From Chrysomallon squamiferum (lineage: Eukaryota > Animalia > Mollusca), in assembly GCA_012295275.1 (NCBI GenBank), contig CM022672.1:13020001-13084000 (forward strand): a stretch of 64,000 nt of DNA. Reading direction: 5' to 3'. Both the position numbers and the translations under genes were made by a program. This document shows positions 25,015 through 64,000 of the stretch, in pieces; positions within the stretch are counted from its first letter, which is position 1; each line of letters starts with the position of its first letter. Below the pieces are notes generated by a model, which did no database searches, had not been told where the DNA came from, and saw only the letters and a list, made by a program, of their open reading frames with translations.

Positions 25015-25856
25015 TTTATTTATAGCTTTTATATTATTATTTTATTTTATTTTATTTTTATTTTTATTTTTTTATTATTATTTTTTTTTTTTTTAATGTT
25101 AAGTGCTTAAGAGAGGGATCTCAAAATTAAACAGTCTGCCAGTAATATATTTCGTACTTCTTACTAAAGTGAATTTTAAATATCAGAAATAAAATAATTA
25201 TATACTGTTTGTTTCCATGTGACGTAATACCTTTGTTTTTCCGGCAGTCTAGGCATAATTCTGCCATTTTATTTGCCTTGAACGACAGTGACAAATTTAC
25301 AATTTGTATTTCCCCCGAATTACAGGATGCATACAAAGTTTTATCAGCTAGCTAAGAATATATATGATATATCTCTGTGGTTGAATGTATTTTTGAAACT
25401 TAGAACGTACATCCCTGTCATTTACCATGTTAACCGCCATGGGCTTAGAAAGCAATATGCCCCTGGAGTGTTGCAAACTGGGATAGCTTACACAAACAGA
25501 TGACGTCAGTGAAATAAAGCAATTCCAGTGCGTCTCTATTTGAATGTACCAACTCTCCTCAGGCTTGCAGGAATTAATGATAAAGGGGCCTAAATCTTAT
25601 GACTGTTGTCAGAAAAAGTTTGGAAATAATTATGTGAAGGGCTGAGAAACAGATAAATATAACCCCAGTGGAATAAAAAATGAGTTTGGGTCATACAGAG
25701 ATCACGTTGATACGATTAATCATGATGGTCCAACATTTTTAAATATATTCTTTAACAACTTTGTGAGTATTCCTTTAATTTTGTAATTTTATTTTATTTT
25801 ATTTTTTTAATATTATTATTATTTTTATTTAATCTACTTATTATTGTTATTGTTGC

Positions 25857-25926
<70 letters not shown>

Positions 25927-28432
25927 TAATACCTGAAAAGTTCCTCATCACTTATTTCACAGGTTTTTTTGTGTGTGGTTTAGACCATGCAGATACTATG
26001 CCCATCACAAGGTTTAGAAGTTCTATTAATAGCTGTATTACATCAATAATAAAAATAAATAAATAAATAAATAATAACAATACATTCAAATGGTATAGAG
26101 ATGTTTATTGTTAATTTTTCCTGTATGCAGATATAACAAAATGTATTTTCAGAACAGTGCATAGTTTAACAATAACACTATAATACTTATTAAAGGCAAT
26201 TAAATGTCGGTAAAAATTTCATACTATTGAAAATGTATAAATTAAAAAAAAAAAAGTAAATTCTGTTATTTAATTAGTTTTCATTTTCGGACATGAAATC
26301 TCGTCGATGCTTTTAAATTTTTTATTAATTCTACTCCAGTGATCAAAACACATTTAAAACCAATCTACATATGAAACTAACGTTACCTTTTTTACTATGT
26401 ATATAATATTAAAAATCTGTACAAACATTAAATATAATACAATTAATAATAATAAATAGGTGGTTTATAATGTCTGCTTATCTTTGGTACATGAATCAAA
26501 CTTGAAAAAAAAATAATAATAATAATAATAATAAATAAACAAACAAATAAAGAAATGAAATAAGGATGCATTATTCCATTTTTAATTTAATCATGTTTTA
26601 GCTACACCATGCAGTGAATGCATTAGTTATTCAAACTACCTAGATTTTTTTGTTTTACATAAAAGAATGACAGAAAAGAAAAGGAAAAAAAAAAAGATAG
26701 ATTAAAACACAGGTTTTAAAAAGAATGAACAAGAATAAGTGAGAAAAATAAGAGAAATACAAAAAGCCACAAAAACAAGAGAAGACTTTAAAGAAACCTT
26801 TGAGCTTTTTTTTGTTGTACTGGCTGCAACGAAAGAATGAAGATGGAGCCTGGAGATGCTCGGATGATTAGAAAACTGGCTCCAAGCATTATCACGGTAG
26901 TGTAGAGTGCAAAGTCCCTAACTCGACTGTGTACAGTATTGTTACAGCAATACCATCACGAACTGGCTACGTATTGTATTGTTATACACCACCAACTGCC
27001 TGTGTATCATGTTATATTACGTATTATGAATTAACTATAATTATACCCTGTTGTTATATACTGAAACTCATTGTTTGGTAAATAACTTTATAATTGTGAA
27101 CTCACAGTTATTATAATTTCATTTTTTAAATGAGAAAGACTTGAAGATAAGCCTGCGTATTTTTTATTTTTTATTTATTTTTTTGTTGTTGTATGTAATG
27201 ATTGTGGGTATGTAGATATGTACGTACGTGTGTGTTTACGTACGTAATGTACGTCGATCGAGTTCCGTACGAAAGGATTTTTATATCTTTATCAGTTATT
27301 ATAAATGTGTGTTTAACTGTTAGTTTTCGTGTATTTTAAATTTGTTCCAGTTTCACTATACATATTTACAAAGAAAATACGTTGTATTCTTGACATCTCA
27401 TTAGCGACAGATTCGTTGCAGTATGAAAGTATCATGAGCAGTTGTAACGATGGCAACTGTTCCGTGAAATAATGTAAAAATGATTTTCAAAATTCATCCG
27501 TTGAATATGGTCTATATTTACTGTCGACATTTCTATGTTGTATGCCAGAGCAAGATGTAGAATTTAATAAAATATTACTTTTTACATATATAACAGAACT
27601 TTTTCTCGCTGTTTTTGTTACTAGTAGGAATATAAGAAAAGCATAATTTCATAATACGCCTAATTTTATTTGTTGTTTTTTTTGTTTTGTTTTTGTTTTT
27701 GATATTTCATTTATTCTAGAAAGCATGTAGTTTGAAAGATCTAAATAGCGAAGTAAATAATTCTAGACATACAAATGAAGTTTTCTTACAAGTGCACTTC
27801 GTTTTTGTTTTCTTTATCTAATCTACAATCTAGTTTGTGTACTAGAAACCAACACACATTCCCCTCCCCCCACAAAAAAAAAAAAAGAAAGAAAGAAAAT
27901 TAAAGACAAAAATAAAAGTAACTCGCCACTATTTTTTTTACATAATTCTAAAATATGTTTAATTATATGTTACTTCTCTAACGTATAAAAACACACCAAA
28001 TTTCCATTTCTGAAAGAATTATTAATTTATATATTATGTACACATAAATTAGTATTGTTATAGACATCAGTGATACCCTTCCCTCAATTATTCTTTGACA
28101 AAAACCAATTACTTTTTAAAATATATACCATTATTTTATACTCGGCCAAGCGATGAATAACATCAATCCATTTACACATTATATATGTACATATAGACAC
28201 AAACCAGCTTTATTTATATTCTCTAGATTCCATTAGGTCCATAGAAATATCATTCAAACATAAATGTATTATTTATCCTTCAGAATAGGTTGATTTCAGA
28301 CCAGAATATTTAATGGTATCAATGCTGTAAATCTATTGGCCATAATAAAATTCAAAGAAGTCGAACAGCCAATGAGAATTCTTGTTTCATGCAGAACTCG
28401 TCTGCAGCTAAGTTCTTACATAAATGAATGTA

Positions 28433-55479
<27,047 letters not shown>

Positions 55480-55496
<17 letters not shown>

Positions 55497-55515
55497 TGTT
55501 TTGAACCGGGCCCAT
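55480..55515 (-). other. Overlapping out-of-frame uORF (MGPVQNNGKKE*) in the NCS-1 leader
   Basis: ACC-ATG-G at 55515 lies 19 nt upstream of the NCS-1 ATG (55496). Its TAG at 55482-55480 falls inside the NCS-1 CDS. There is no AG between the two ATGs, so splicing cannot separate them. Confidence 0.6.
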
Positions 55516-58500
55516 GGTATATGAATATAATTGCGTTTAAGAGTAATCCGGAGAACAATGTTGAGTGCACAGTTTCTGGAGTCAGTGCCGCGCTAAGAGG
55601 AGAGGTTGTTTGATGGTAACTCAATCCCTCAACGCCGATTTAGCTACTCTTAGTATTTCCAGGCGATTCATTTCGGAACACGCGCAGACGCCGGTGCAGA
55701 AGACACAGAGAGGCTCAGTAGCAAACTCACCCAACTTGTTATATCGCTTCCTTAGACACCATCGAGGCTTCTGTACGTCAAGACATATTTTATAATTTTC
55801 CAGAAGGAAAAGAAAGGGAGTTAACTAAATATTCCTTGTGCAATAATATTTGTCTTGTGTTAGCTGATCTCAGTCTAATGTTTATCGCATTCTACGCACT
55901 GCAATTACTGGATAACGTAATTTTGGGCTTCCGTTTCAGTGGCACGTGATATATGTGTGTGTGTGTAGAGATATATATTTATGTGTGTGTCTGTTGGTTT
56001 GTGCGTGTACACAAAAACTCATAAACATACATTTATCATTTATGGGACCTTTGTTTCGTAATAATAGGAATTAAAATATAATTATTTGTAATATGTTCAT
56101 TTTATATGTGGAGCTATTATTATTAATACTTTCTTAATTGATTTATCTTAACCTAATATAAATGAATACAGATTAATAATGACGATATCCTCTATATTGT
56201 TAAAATCAAACAGTTACAGAAAGTTGTGGAATGTGTGATGATGGCTTCTTTACTGAGATTTGGATCAAGATAAATCTTTAAAATAATTTATCTAGAGGCA
56301 AATATTATTTTATTACTATTTTATTTTATTTTTTTTATTATTATTTTTTATTATTATTATTAATAATTATTTTTTATTTATATTTTATTATTATTATTAA
56401 ATTTAAAAAAAAAAAATAATAATAAAAAATCCGTGAAAAGCTATTTCCATACACGTTGAATAAGCATAACTGAAAAGTTCAAAACATCATTAAAGGTCTG
56501 ACTTAAATGTGCCAATCATACTTAATTAACCGTAATCTAGGTGTACTTTATCTGAACAAGCATTATGATTTAAATTGACCATCGTTATTGTTGTTGTTAT
56601 TATTATTATCATAATGACCATCCAATGATGCCATCAGAGATGGTGTTTGTATAGAAGCTAAACAAAATATCTGTACTGGGTTACATCTCGGTAGTGGAGT
56701 TTAGCCTGAGCTGCCAAATGTTTTAGGATCAACCCTCGACAAAGTACCAATCTTGTTAAATACTTTTGTATCTGTACAAAAGAATGTCTAAATTGAAAGC
56801 AAGAATAACAAAATCAACGACAAGCATTCTACGGAATATTGTTTTCCAGACAAACAATACTTTTGAAAGAAACAAAAAATCTCTTGAAATAGACAGAAAA
56901 TGAGAACAAATAAGATACAGTTTCCTGTCACGAGATGGCCATATATGGAAACATGACACTAATTACTTAATTAAAAATTCAGATCTGATCTGAAGTCATA
57001 GAAAAATATTTATATTTTATCACTGTTGTCGGGAAAACAAAAGGTCTTAACGGGAAAACCAAAAATTTGCTGTTGTCATTCCTATTGGTTTTAAAGCCTT
57101 TATTTTTTTCTTCTTCTTTATAGCCACTTATATTAAGATAGCTTGCAATCCACGAATCATTGATATAATTTTTTTTTTTTTTTTCAACTCGCATAAAGAT
57201 ATTTATCAGTTTTTTTTCCACCTCCCATTTATGATTACATCACATTGTTGACATTTCGTCTGCTTAGCCGAAAATAGCGTACGACAAAATGAATCGCGAT
57301 TTTTTTTTTAGTCACGTGATACGAATTTGTCCAATTCAAGGACTTACAACAAATGCACTTTACGAAAATGGAATTATTCTTGAATGGATTACTGTGTGGA
57401 ACATGCAACAACTGATGTAAAGATCGACCAACATCATTTTTAATCTTTGTTTTGCTTGTCGTATGCTTAAAGTATAGACCTAAATATAAATTATATACAT
57501 AACATAAAGACAAATAAAAAAAAGTAAAAATATAATTAAAATATATAAAATAAAAACATAACTTAAATACATAAAATAAAAATATAAATGGAATATATAA
57601 AATAAAAACAATATAAATTAGTATATATAATTTACACTGAAATATTTGCTTTTACTTTTTGTTATACAGTAAAGGCACATCATCAGGAACGAATCCAGTT
57701 TTTCTGGGGGGAAAAAAAGGGTAAGGTGTCACCTTTGAAAAATCTATTTCATTATACAAAATAAATAAATATTATTATTTTTTAATTTTTTTGAAAATCA
57801 CACATGAAAAAGATAAGCTCTACATTTCTCATTTTCTAGGTCCATATATAACATGCAACTAGCACAGACGAAATAGTTTTGTGTTTTTTGTTTTTTTTTG
57901 TTTCACTGCAGTTCTTTACGGTATGTTGATGGAATCTTGATACGTACAAAAATCAATGTTGTCGTTTTTCTTTTTCTTTTTTTTAATGCTACAAGCATGA
58001 CAGCTTGAGTAATCCAGTTTATGCCGCAAAGGCAAGAGTTCTAAAAGTACATTAAAGGAAGAATCCTAAATTAGCATATTTATATAACTTAGCAAGATGC
58101 GATTTTTCAATGTGCTTATTAACATCCGATATGAAAAATAAGATCCAACAGATGATGTTTGAGAAAATAAGTTCTTGAGATTTTTAAATATTACGTTAAT
58201 AAATGAATGTTTAACAACACCCCCATCATGAAAAACATATCGGCTATTGGGTGTCAAGCCGAGGCAAATACAACAAAATGGCGATAACTTTATGAAAATT
58301 CAAAAATTAATTAAAACTGCGTAAAGAGCTGTGCAAAAATAAATGTATCGCAATTTAATTAAATTACACTTTATCGTAAAATTCTTTAATTTTCAAATTT
58401 GTTTTAATCAAATTGAGGATGGAATCGAAAGGATTTCATCACACTTATTTGACCTAATATATAGTTCATTAAGAAAAATTAAAAAAAGAAGAACAAGAAA

Positions 58501-59505
58501 TGAAAGGCACTTTATTACGGAGAAATAGATACATACTGAAAGATACAGATAGATGTTGCACAAAGTTATTAGAACTAGAATTTATTGTTTATTACTGCTG
58601 AAATTGAAATGACAAAAATGAACATTTCAAATTTAAATCGAAAGAAAAAATAAAAACCATCCAAAACTTTTCTGGATAAAGGAATAAACTATTAAAGGCT
58701 TAACAATAAATACATTTTATTATTCGGCATTGTGGTTACTCAGTCTGAATAACAAAAGTGGTTTAGTAAGTGAATTCAAATTCATGAATATTGTTATTCA
58801 TTCAGTGAACAGCTGCAGGCTGTACAAATTAACTGATTAACTGACAAATATTTAAAGAAATCTCAAAAACTGAGAAAGGCCCAGTTACTAAAAACATTTT
58901 TATTCTTCAAAACATTGTTACATTTAAAACAAAAGCAAATGATATATTGAATTTTATTTGGTTTGAATTACACTGGATTAATGTTGATCAACAACTAGTC
59001 TTTGACTGCCATTTACCTGCAACTATCTGATGAATGAGGCAAATATTAACTGCCTTTTTGTTAAGCTGTTTTTATTTATTTATTTTCTTTTTTTTAAATT
59101 TTATTAATATATTTTTTTGTCAGAAAATAGCAATTAAAAATCACATTTATAGAGATATACATATATATATATGTTTAAATTAATAAAAAAAAAAAAAAAT
59201 GAAGTTTATAATTAGAACAAAGTTTAAGCAATTTTCAATATGTGTAACAAAACCTCTTTTAAAAAATCAATATGAAACACAAACAGAAAATAAAAGTAAA
59301 AAAACCTCCAATGTCTTTTATGTTGTGACATACAAACAACCACTATCACATTAACAGTAACTTTAACAGATTAAAAAATATATACCTCAAAGAAATGTTA
59401 TCAGTGTATTAAAAAACCGGAAACATTCTGATAAAAATAACTGTTTATTAATATTTGTATTTGATCTGTTCATATAGATGACAGTAAGAATACATTTACA
59501 TTTTG

Positions 59506-61235
59506 TTAATCTGAATTTAATCTGCTGCTTGATGGAAATGTACCAGGGGCATACAAGTCGTATTTTGAAGTTGATCCACCATGATTCATAATGTGATTGA
59601 ACAACTGTTTGGCAGATCTCTTCCTCCTAATTGTCAAGTATCTATTCTCACCTTTACCATAACTGCGAGACAACAGTCCCAGTTGCTGACTGAACTGATG
59701 AAGAATTGCTCTTTCTTCTTTTGTGAAATTTGGTTCAAACACCAAATCATCCTCCCTGTCTGAACGAACATAATTTAAAACTACTTCTTCCAGTTTTGCT
59801 TTCATATCAACAGAGATGCCACTATCTGCATGTAATCCAAGACCCTTGCGGTTTACAACCTGTTCAACAGCAACAGGGTCAGAAATACCCATGCCGTCCT
59901 TACCAACACCCCCTCCAGCCCATCCCATTTTTCTTAACAACTTGTTGCCAATGTTACTCTCAGGAATTTTTTGCGACTCTTTCTCAATGTCACCAAGGAC
60001 ATCGTCTTTGGACAAACGTGCCTGGTCAGTGTCCACTGTTTTCTTGAGACAAACTGTCCAGCACTGCTCCTTCAGCAGCTCTAGTGCCACATCTGAGGCT
60101 TGGATCTGGGCTGCATGTTTAGTACATGCAAGGCACTCGATCACAGGAAGATCATTAATGGCTATACAGCATTTTATTCCACCAATATCAGGATAGTAAT
60201 AGTAAGACAATGCAGCTTTGTTGAAGTCAGTACTCTGTTGTAGTATCTGTGTTGATGACACACGTTCAAAATCCATGGGCAGGATAACCAGAAATTGATT
60301 CAGATGTTTAAGAGATTCTTTGTGTGGTTTTTTCAAATTACTTTCAGGTTTTTGGTTCTGGTTTTGTTCTGAAGAGGTTTCACCATGCGATAATACTCCA
60401 TTAAAAGGGAAATCTGAACTTACCAGTTTTGAAGAAACAACTTTCAGATATTTTTCCCTAAGTTTTTTGCTAATGATTTTGAAAGCGTTATGCTTAGCCA
60501 CCTTTTATTGGGACCTTTTTCTCTGGCTACTTCCACAGAATCAATAAATACAGTGCATTCGTAACAACTCCCGCTTTCAGTAAACTCAGTGTTAAACTGA
60601 ACACTCATATGTAGTTTTGAAGCTGCCTCATAAATAATTTCAATGTCATTTTTAGCTTCATTTTGTAACAGTTTCACAGTTTTGGCAAAGTTTATGAACC
60701 TATTATCTAGTTCTTCTTCATATGCATTCTTTGTTATCTGCTTCAAAGCAGTTTTAAAATTATTTGATGCAAATTTCATTCTTTTCCCATCTTGATTTTG
60801 TGACTGTTTGCCTGCACTAGATGAACTAGATGAACATATATCTGTACTTTTATATGGTGTTCTAGATTTAACAAAACCACACGACATTTCTTTTTCTTTT
60901 AACACATGGCTTACACTCGTATTACCCAAATCTGATGAACTAGTCTCAGATGCTTTAACAAAGTTCATTTTATATTTTCTTTTTCTTACATCTTTCTGTT
61001 CTTCAACAAGGTCTGGTAATTCTTTTTTCAGTTCTGCCAGCTGCTTCATTACCAGCTCAGGATATCTACAACCATCTTGTTCAACATTAACAAAACATTT
61101 AGATAAACAAACCAGTCTGTCTGCGGGAAACTTCCTCCAATGTGCAGACAGAAATTTTTTTCTTAGTTTCCAACTAGAAGGATTTTCATCATTTTCACGA
61201 AAATTATCGACATCAAAATTTTCATCAGTATGCAT
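59506..61235 (-). CDS. NKRF: NKRF-like protein (XRN2-binding XTBD, dsRBD-like domains, G-patch, R3H); intronless, split by a 1-nt frameshift at 60503-60506; about 576 aa when corrected
   Basis: ORF 61235-60444 begins with an XTBD (WKLRKKFL...RLVCLSKCFVNV...GCRYP). ORF 60501-59506 contains a G-patch (IPESNIGNKLLRKMGWAGGGVGKDGMGISDPV...RKGLG) and an R3H domain (FEPNFTKEERAILHQFSQQLGLLSRSYGKGENRYLTI). Adding one A to AAT AAAA GGTG gives GPNKKVAKHNAF, a dsRBD helix-2 KKxAK motif that joins the two ORFs. Confidence 0.88.
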
Positions 61236-61317
61236 ATTTATGTTTAAAGAAAACTACTACTATCTTTTTTGGTGAATAATATAATTTTTAATATTCTAAA
61301 TGTCTATGAACATTTAA

Positions 61318-61557
61318 TTAATTCGTTATTAAGCTTTCTTCCATTTCCTTACCAAGTTCATGTAATTGAGTCATTACTGGTGCTGGATATCTGCATCCAT
61401 CTTGCTTAACATTTACGAAACATTTAGATAAACATACCAGTCGATCTTCTGGGAATTTATCATAATGTGCGATTAAAAAGTTTTTTCGCAATTTCCAACT
61501 CGTTGGATTTTCGTCGTTCTCTTTGTATTGTTCAACTACTTTCAATTTGTTTTCCAT
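61318..61557 (-). CDS. 79-aa XTBD-only (XRN2-binding domain) micro-protein with CDKN2AIPNL-like architecture; tandem paralog of the NKRF N-terminus
   Basis: ATG in strong context (AAACAAAC-ATG-G). 45 of 56 residues are identical to the adjacent NKRF XTBD, the GCRYP motif is intact, and many of the differences between the copies are synonymous. Confidence 0.75.
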   Translation of the reverse strand: MENKLKVVEQYKENDENPTSWKLRKNFLIAHYDKFPEDRLVCLSKCFVNVKQDGCRYPAPVMTQLHELGKEMEESLITN

Positions 61558-61689
61558 GTTTGTTTGTTTTTTCCAATCGCAGCTTTCGAAGAAAAAAAGA
61601 GCGGAAAATCTTAATCTTTTGGACGCTATTATCAGTTTCTAATAACAAATATTAACAAGCGAATGTTTTGTGATAAATTTCACATTTAA

Positions 61690-61790
61690 ACATTAGCGCG
61701 TTGAGCAACGTTTTTCTAACCTCGCGGACGTTGAACACACCGGAAGACCACCATTTTTGTCATATTTGTTTTCTACCGTTGTCGGTGAGT
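61690..61790. promoter_or_regulatory. Candidate compact bidirectional promoter
   Basis: Local CpG cluster, ETS-type CCGGAAG at 61740-61746 and a YY1-like CCATTTT. Outward-facing splice donors sit on both strands: minus GAG|GTTAGA at 61720 and plus TCG|GTGAGT at 61785. Confidence 0.45.
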
Positions 61791-64000
61791 AAAACCATCG
61801 AAATATGGTTTTGGCTAAAACCAAAATATTTAGAACAATATTTTAATGATGTATTTGAAACTTGATAAAAATAAGTTTGCCCTTTTAAAAGGTACAATAA
61901 TTATTATAATAAGAATTATCATGAAATAAAAATAAAATGATAAATGTTTGTGCAGTTTAAAATCCAGTAAATTGTAATGTTAGAATTATTGTTATTTATT
62001 TAATTTAATCTTATTTTACGATTTTAAAATTATTATTGGTATTGTTTAATAGTGTAGTAATGGTGCTGCTCCATAAATTATGAGTAAGTAAAACTTTCAA
62101 ATATTAGACATATAGAGGCAAACATTTAATAAACTCTGATACGATGCATCGAGTGATTATTTTCTGCTTAGTATGGTTTGAATACTTTCCTGTTCTGTGG
62201 AAAGACAGAAGACAGAAAATATTTCAGTGAATGATTAACAAGTACACCTTGTATTTGAAGAAACAGTGTCTGTGTGAATGGGTGAGGGAGAGTGAAAGAT
62301 AAAACAATACTTCGTATTGCTGTCAGTTGTACCAAAACATATATATAAATACAAGTTCACGACTTATACAGATATACACACACTTTAAACAATAACAACA
62401 CAGTTAAAAGATGACATTAGCATTTATTGAATCAAAGCTCTGTGAAAACGACAAGATGGGGAATAAAACAACAGATTTTAAGAACACAATGACACAAGTA
62501 ACGTAACAATACTTTATGATTTAATGCATGTAACAAACTTATATTATCAAAAACAGAAAGAAAAGACATAAATATACAAAAATGATTATTTATTAAAAAT
62601 AAATTATTATCCAGCAATAAAACCTTTAAATTAAATAAAGGGAAACTATTTATAAATTTCGAACCTATCTTTTAAATTTTCTTCGACATAAAAAAAACCT
62701 CATTCTTTCCTGAAAACTAAAGTATCAGTTTCCTTCTTGTCCATTTTGTTCAGTTTCAGATGATTTTAATTTATTAAATGGTAATACATGGGAACACTTA
62801 ATTTCCAATTCAGATATAGCTCTAATTACCTTGTATTCTAAAGTTACACCAACTTTAGGATTTGCTGAATTAAAATATCTGCCACATTAACATAAAATCC
62901 AAGTTATTGTAATCTTATAAGATTCAAGTTGTCAATAAATAAATAAATAAATAAATAAAAATAAATATGCTCAAACTGATTCAGAGAAGATCAACCAAAT
63001 GTTGCAAAGGTAATTTAATTTAAGCCTCTTTACCTAAGTGCAGATTACTCTTCTGTGCAGGAATAGATGTACAATTCATACAATGACCCTCCACACATGC
63101 ACACATTCATACACACACATTCACATTTATATCATCTTTGTGCAATAATTACTTTCTGAACAGTTATTTACATATTTAAATGATGTGATGAATTTAACAC
63201 TCATTTCACCAACGGCTAGACATAACAATCAAACATTACACTATAAATTTCCCTTTTTCATTAAAAAAAAGACAAAATGAAAATGTAGGAGAGACAGATA
63301 TTAGCACACTATTTTACAATACAAATAAATTTCCTCATCTTCTAAAATCAATATCTCATGTGACTGTTTTTCTATTTCCTTTTTTTGCCCACCTATCAAA
63401 AACATAAAAAAGTTCACTGATACATTTATAATAATATAGTTTTAAATCGTATTCCATAAAAAGCCAAATTTCTTTAGATGACAGATTGCCACCGGTAAAT
63501 AAAAAAAAATTTAATTTAAAAAATAGTAATAAATAATTCTGACATAAGAAAAAAAATACTCTTACATTCTCTCTATACATAAACAATCTGAAACAAACAC
63601 TGTTACCTATTTAAAATATTTTTAATAATGAATTATTAATAATTGTTTTTTAATATAAATTGCTATTCACCATTTGCAGTGATATAATGAGGCATTAACA
63701 TTATCATACTGAATGGCCACACTTCTTTAAACTCTTTGAAAAAGTATTTACAAAATTCCTGTTTCTTAAATCTGGCCATACATCACAGTACATTGCTTTC
63801 AAAAGCTGGTGTTGTGTACATCATCTGTGCCAATATCATTTGTGGGTTTTTTCTGAACCTGACACTCTTTAATTTAAAATAAATAAAAAAAATAAAAGTT
63901 CTTATATTTCACTTAATAATGTAAGTTAATTTTTTATATTTTTTATTTATATTAAGCAGATGTTAATAAAGAGAAGATGATTGCCATATTCCGTCCATTC

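Noticed and set aside
55565-55795. 76-aa plus-strand ORF upstream of NCS-1
   Set aside because: GTG start, antisense to the likely CpG-rich 5' leader, no recognisable domain.
60495-60530. Programmed -1 ribosomal frameshift in NKRF
   Set aside because: No canonical slippery heptamer, a -1 frame TAA sits immediately upstream, and a second homopolymer indel in GPR107 points to assembly error.
59581-61275. Plus-strand ORFs of 60-155 aa overlapping NKRF
   Set aside because: Antisense shadows of the NKRF coding sequence.
61236-61352. Simple intron fusing the two XTBD ORFs in frame
   Set aside because: The donor is phase 1, while the available AGs are phase 0 or run into stops and lack pyrimidine tracts.
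63680-64000. Possible exons at the window end (plus DVNKEKMIAIFRPF after CAG at 63959; minus ...GRNMAIIFSLLTSA* or ...MMYTTPAFESNVL*)
   Set aside because: Strand and frame are ambiguous and the pieces are too short to assign; a gene may continue beyond the window.

Overview
AT-rich, microsatellite-rich animal genomic DNA, most likely a gastropod mollusc (the NCS-1 protein closely resembles Aplysia/Lymnaea NCS-1 as I recall them). Reading splice sites by eye gives four protein-coding loci. (1) The 3' 17 coding exons of a GABA-B receptor subunit 1 gene (+, 11-9453). (2) A complete 15-exon GPR107/108-like gene (+, 11871-21694) with a 1-nt frame break. (3) An 8-exon NCS-1/frequenin gene (-, 55496-28433) with large CpG-rich introns. 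(4) An intronless NKRF-like gene (XTBD, dsRBD-like, G-patch, R3H; -, 61235-59506) with a 1-nt frame break, preceded 82 nt upstream by a separate 79-aa ORF that is a second XTBD showing signs of purifying selection. Main observations: the XTBD micro-ORF/NKRF tandem; GPR107-NCS1(-GABBR1) linkage echoing human 9q34 and the MHC paralogon; tandem duplications spanning splice sites in three genes; an overlapping strong-Kozak uORF on NCS-1; MITEs; and sharp CpG-domain boundaries. Most short ORFs in the supplied track are microsatellite artefacts.
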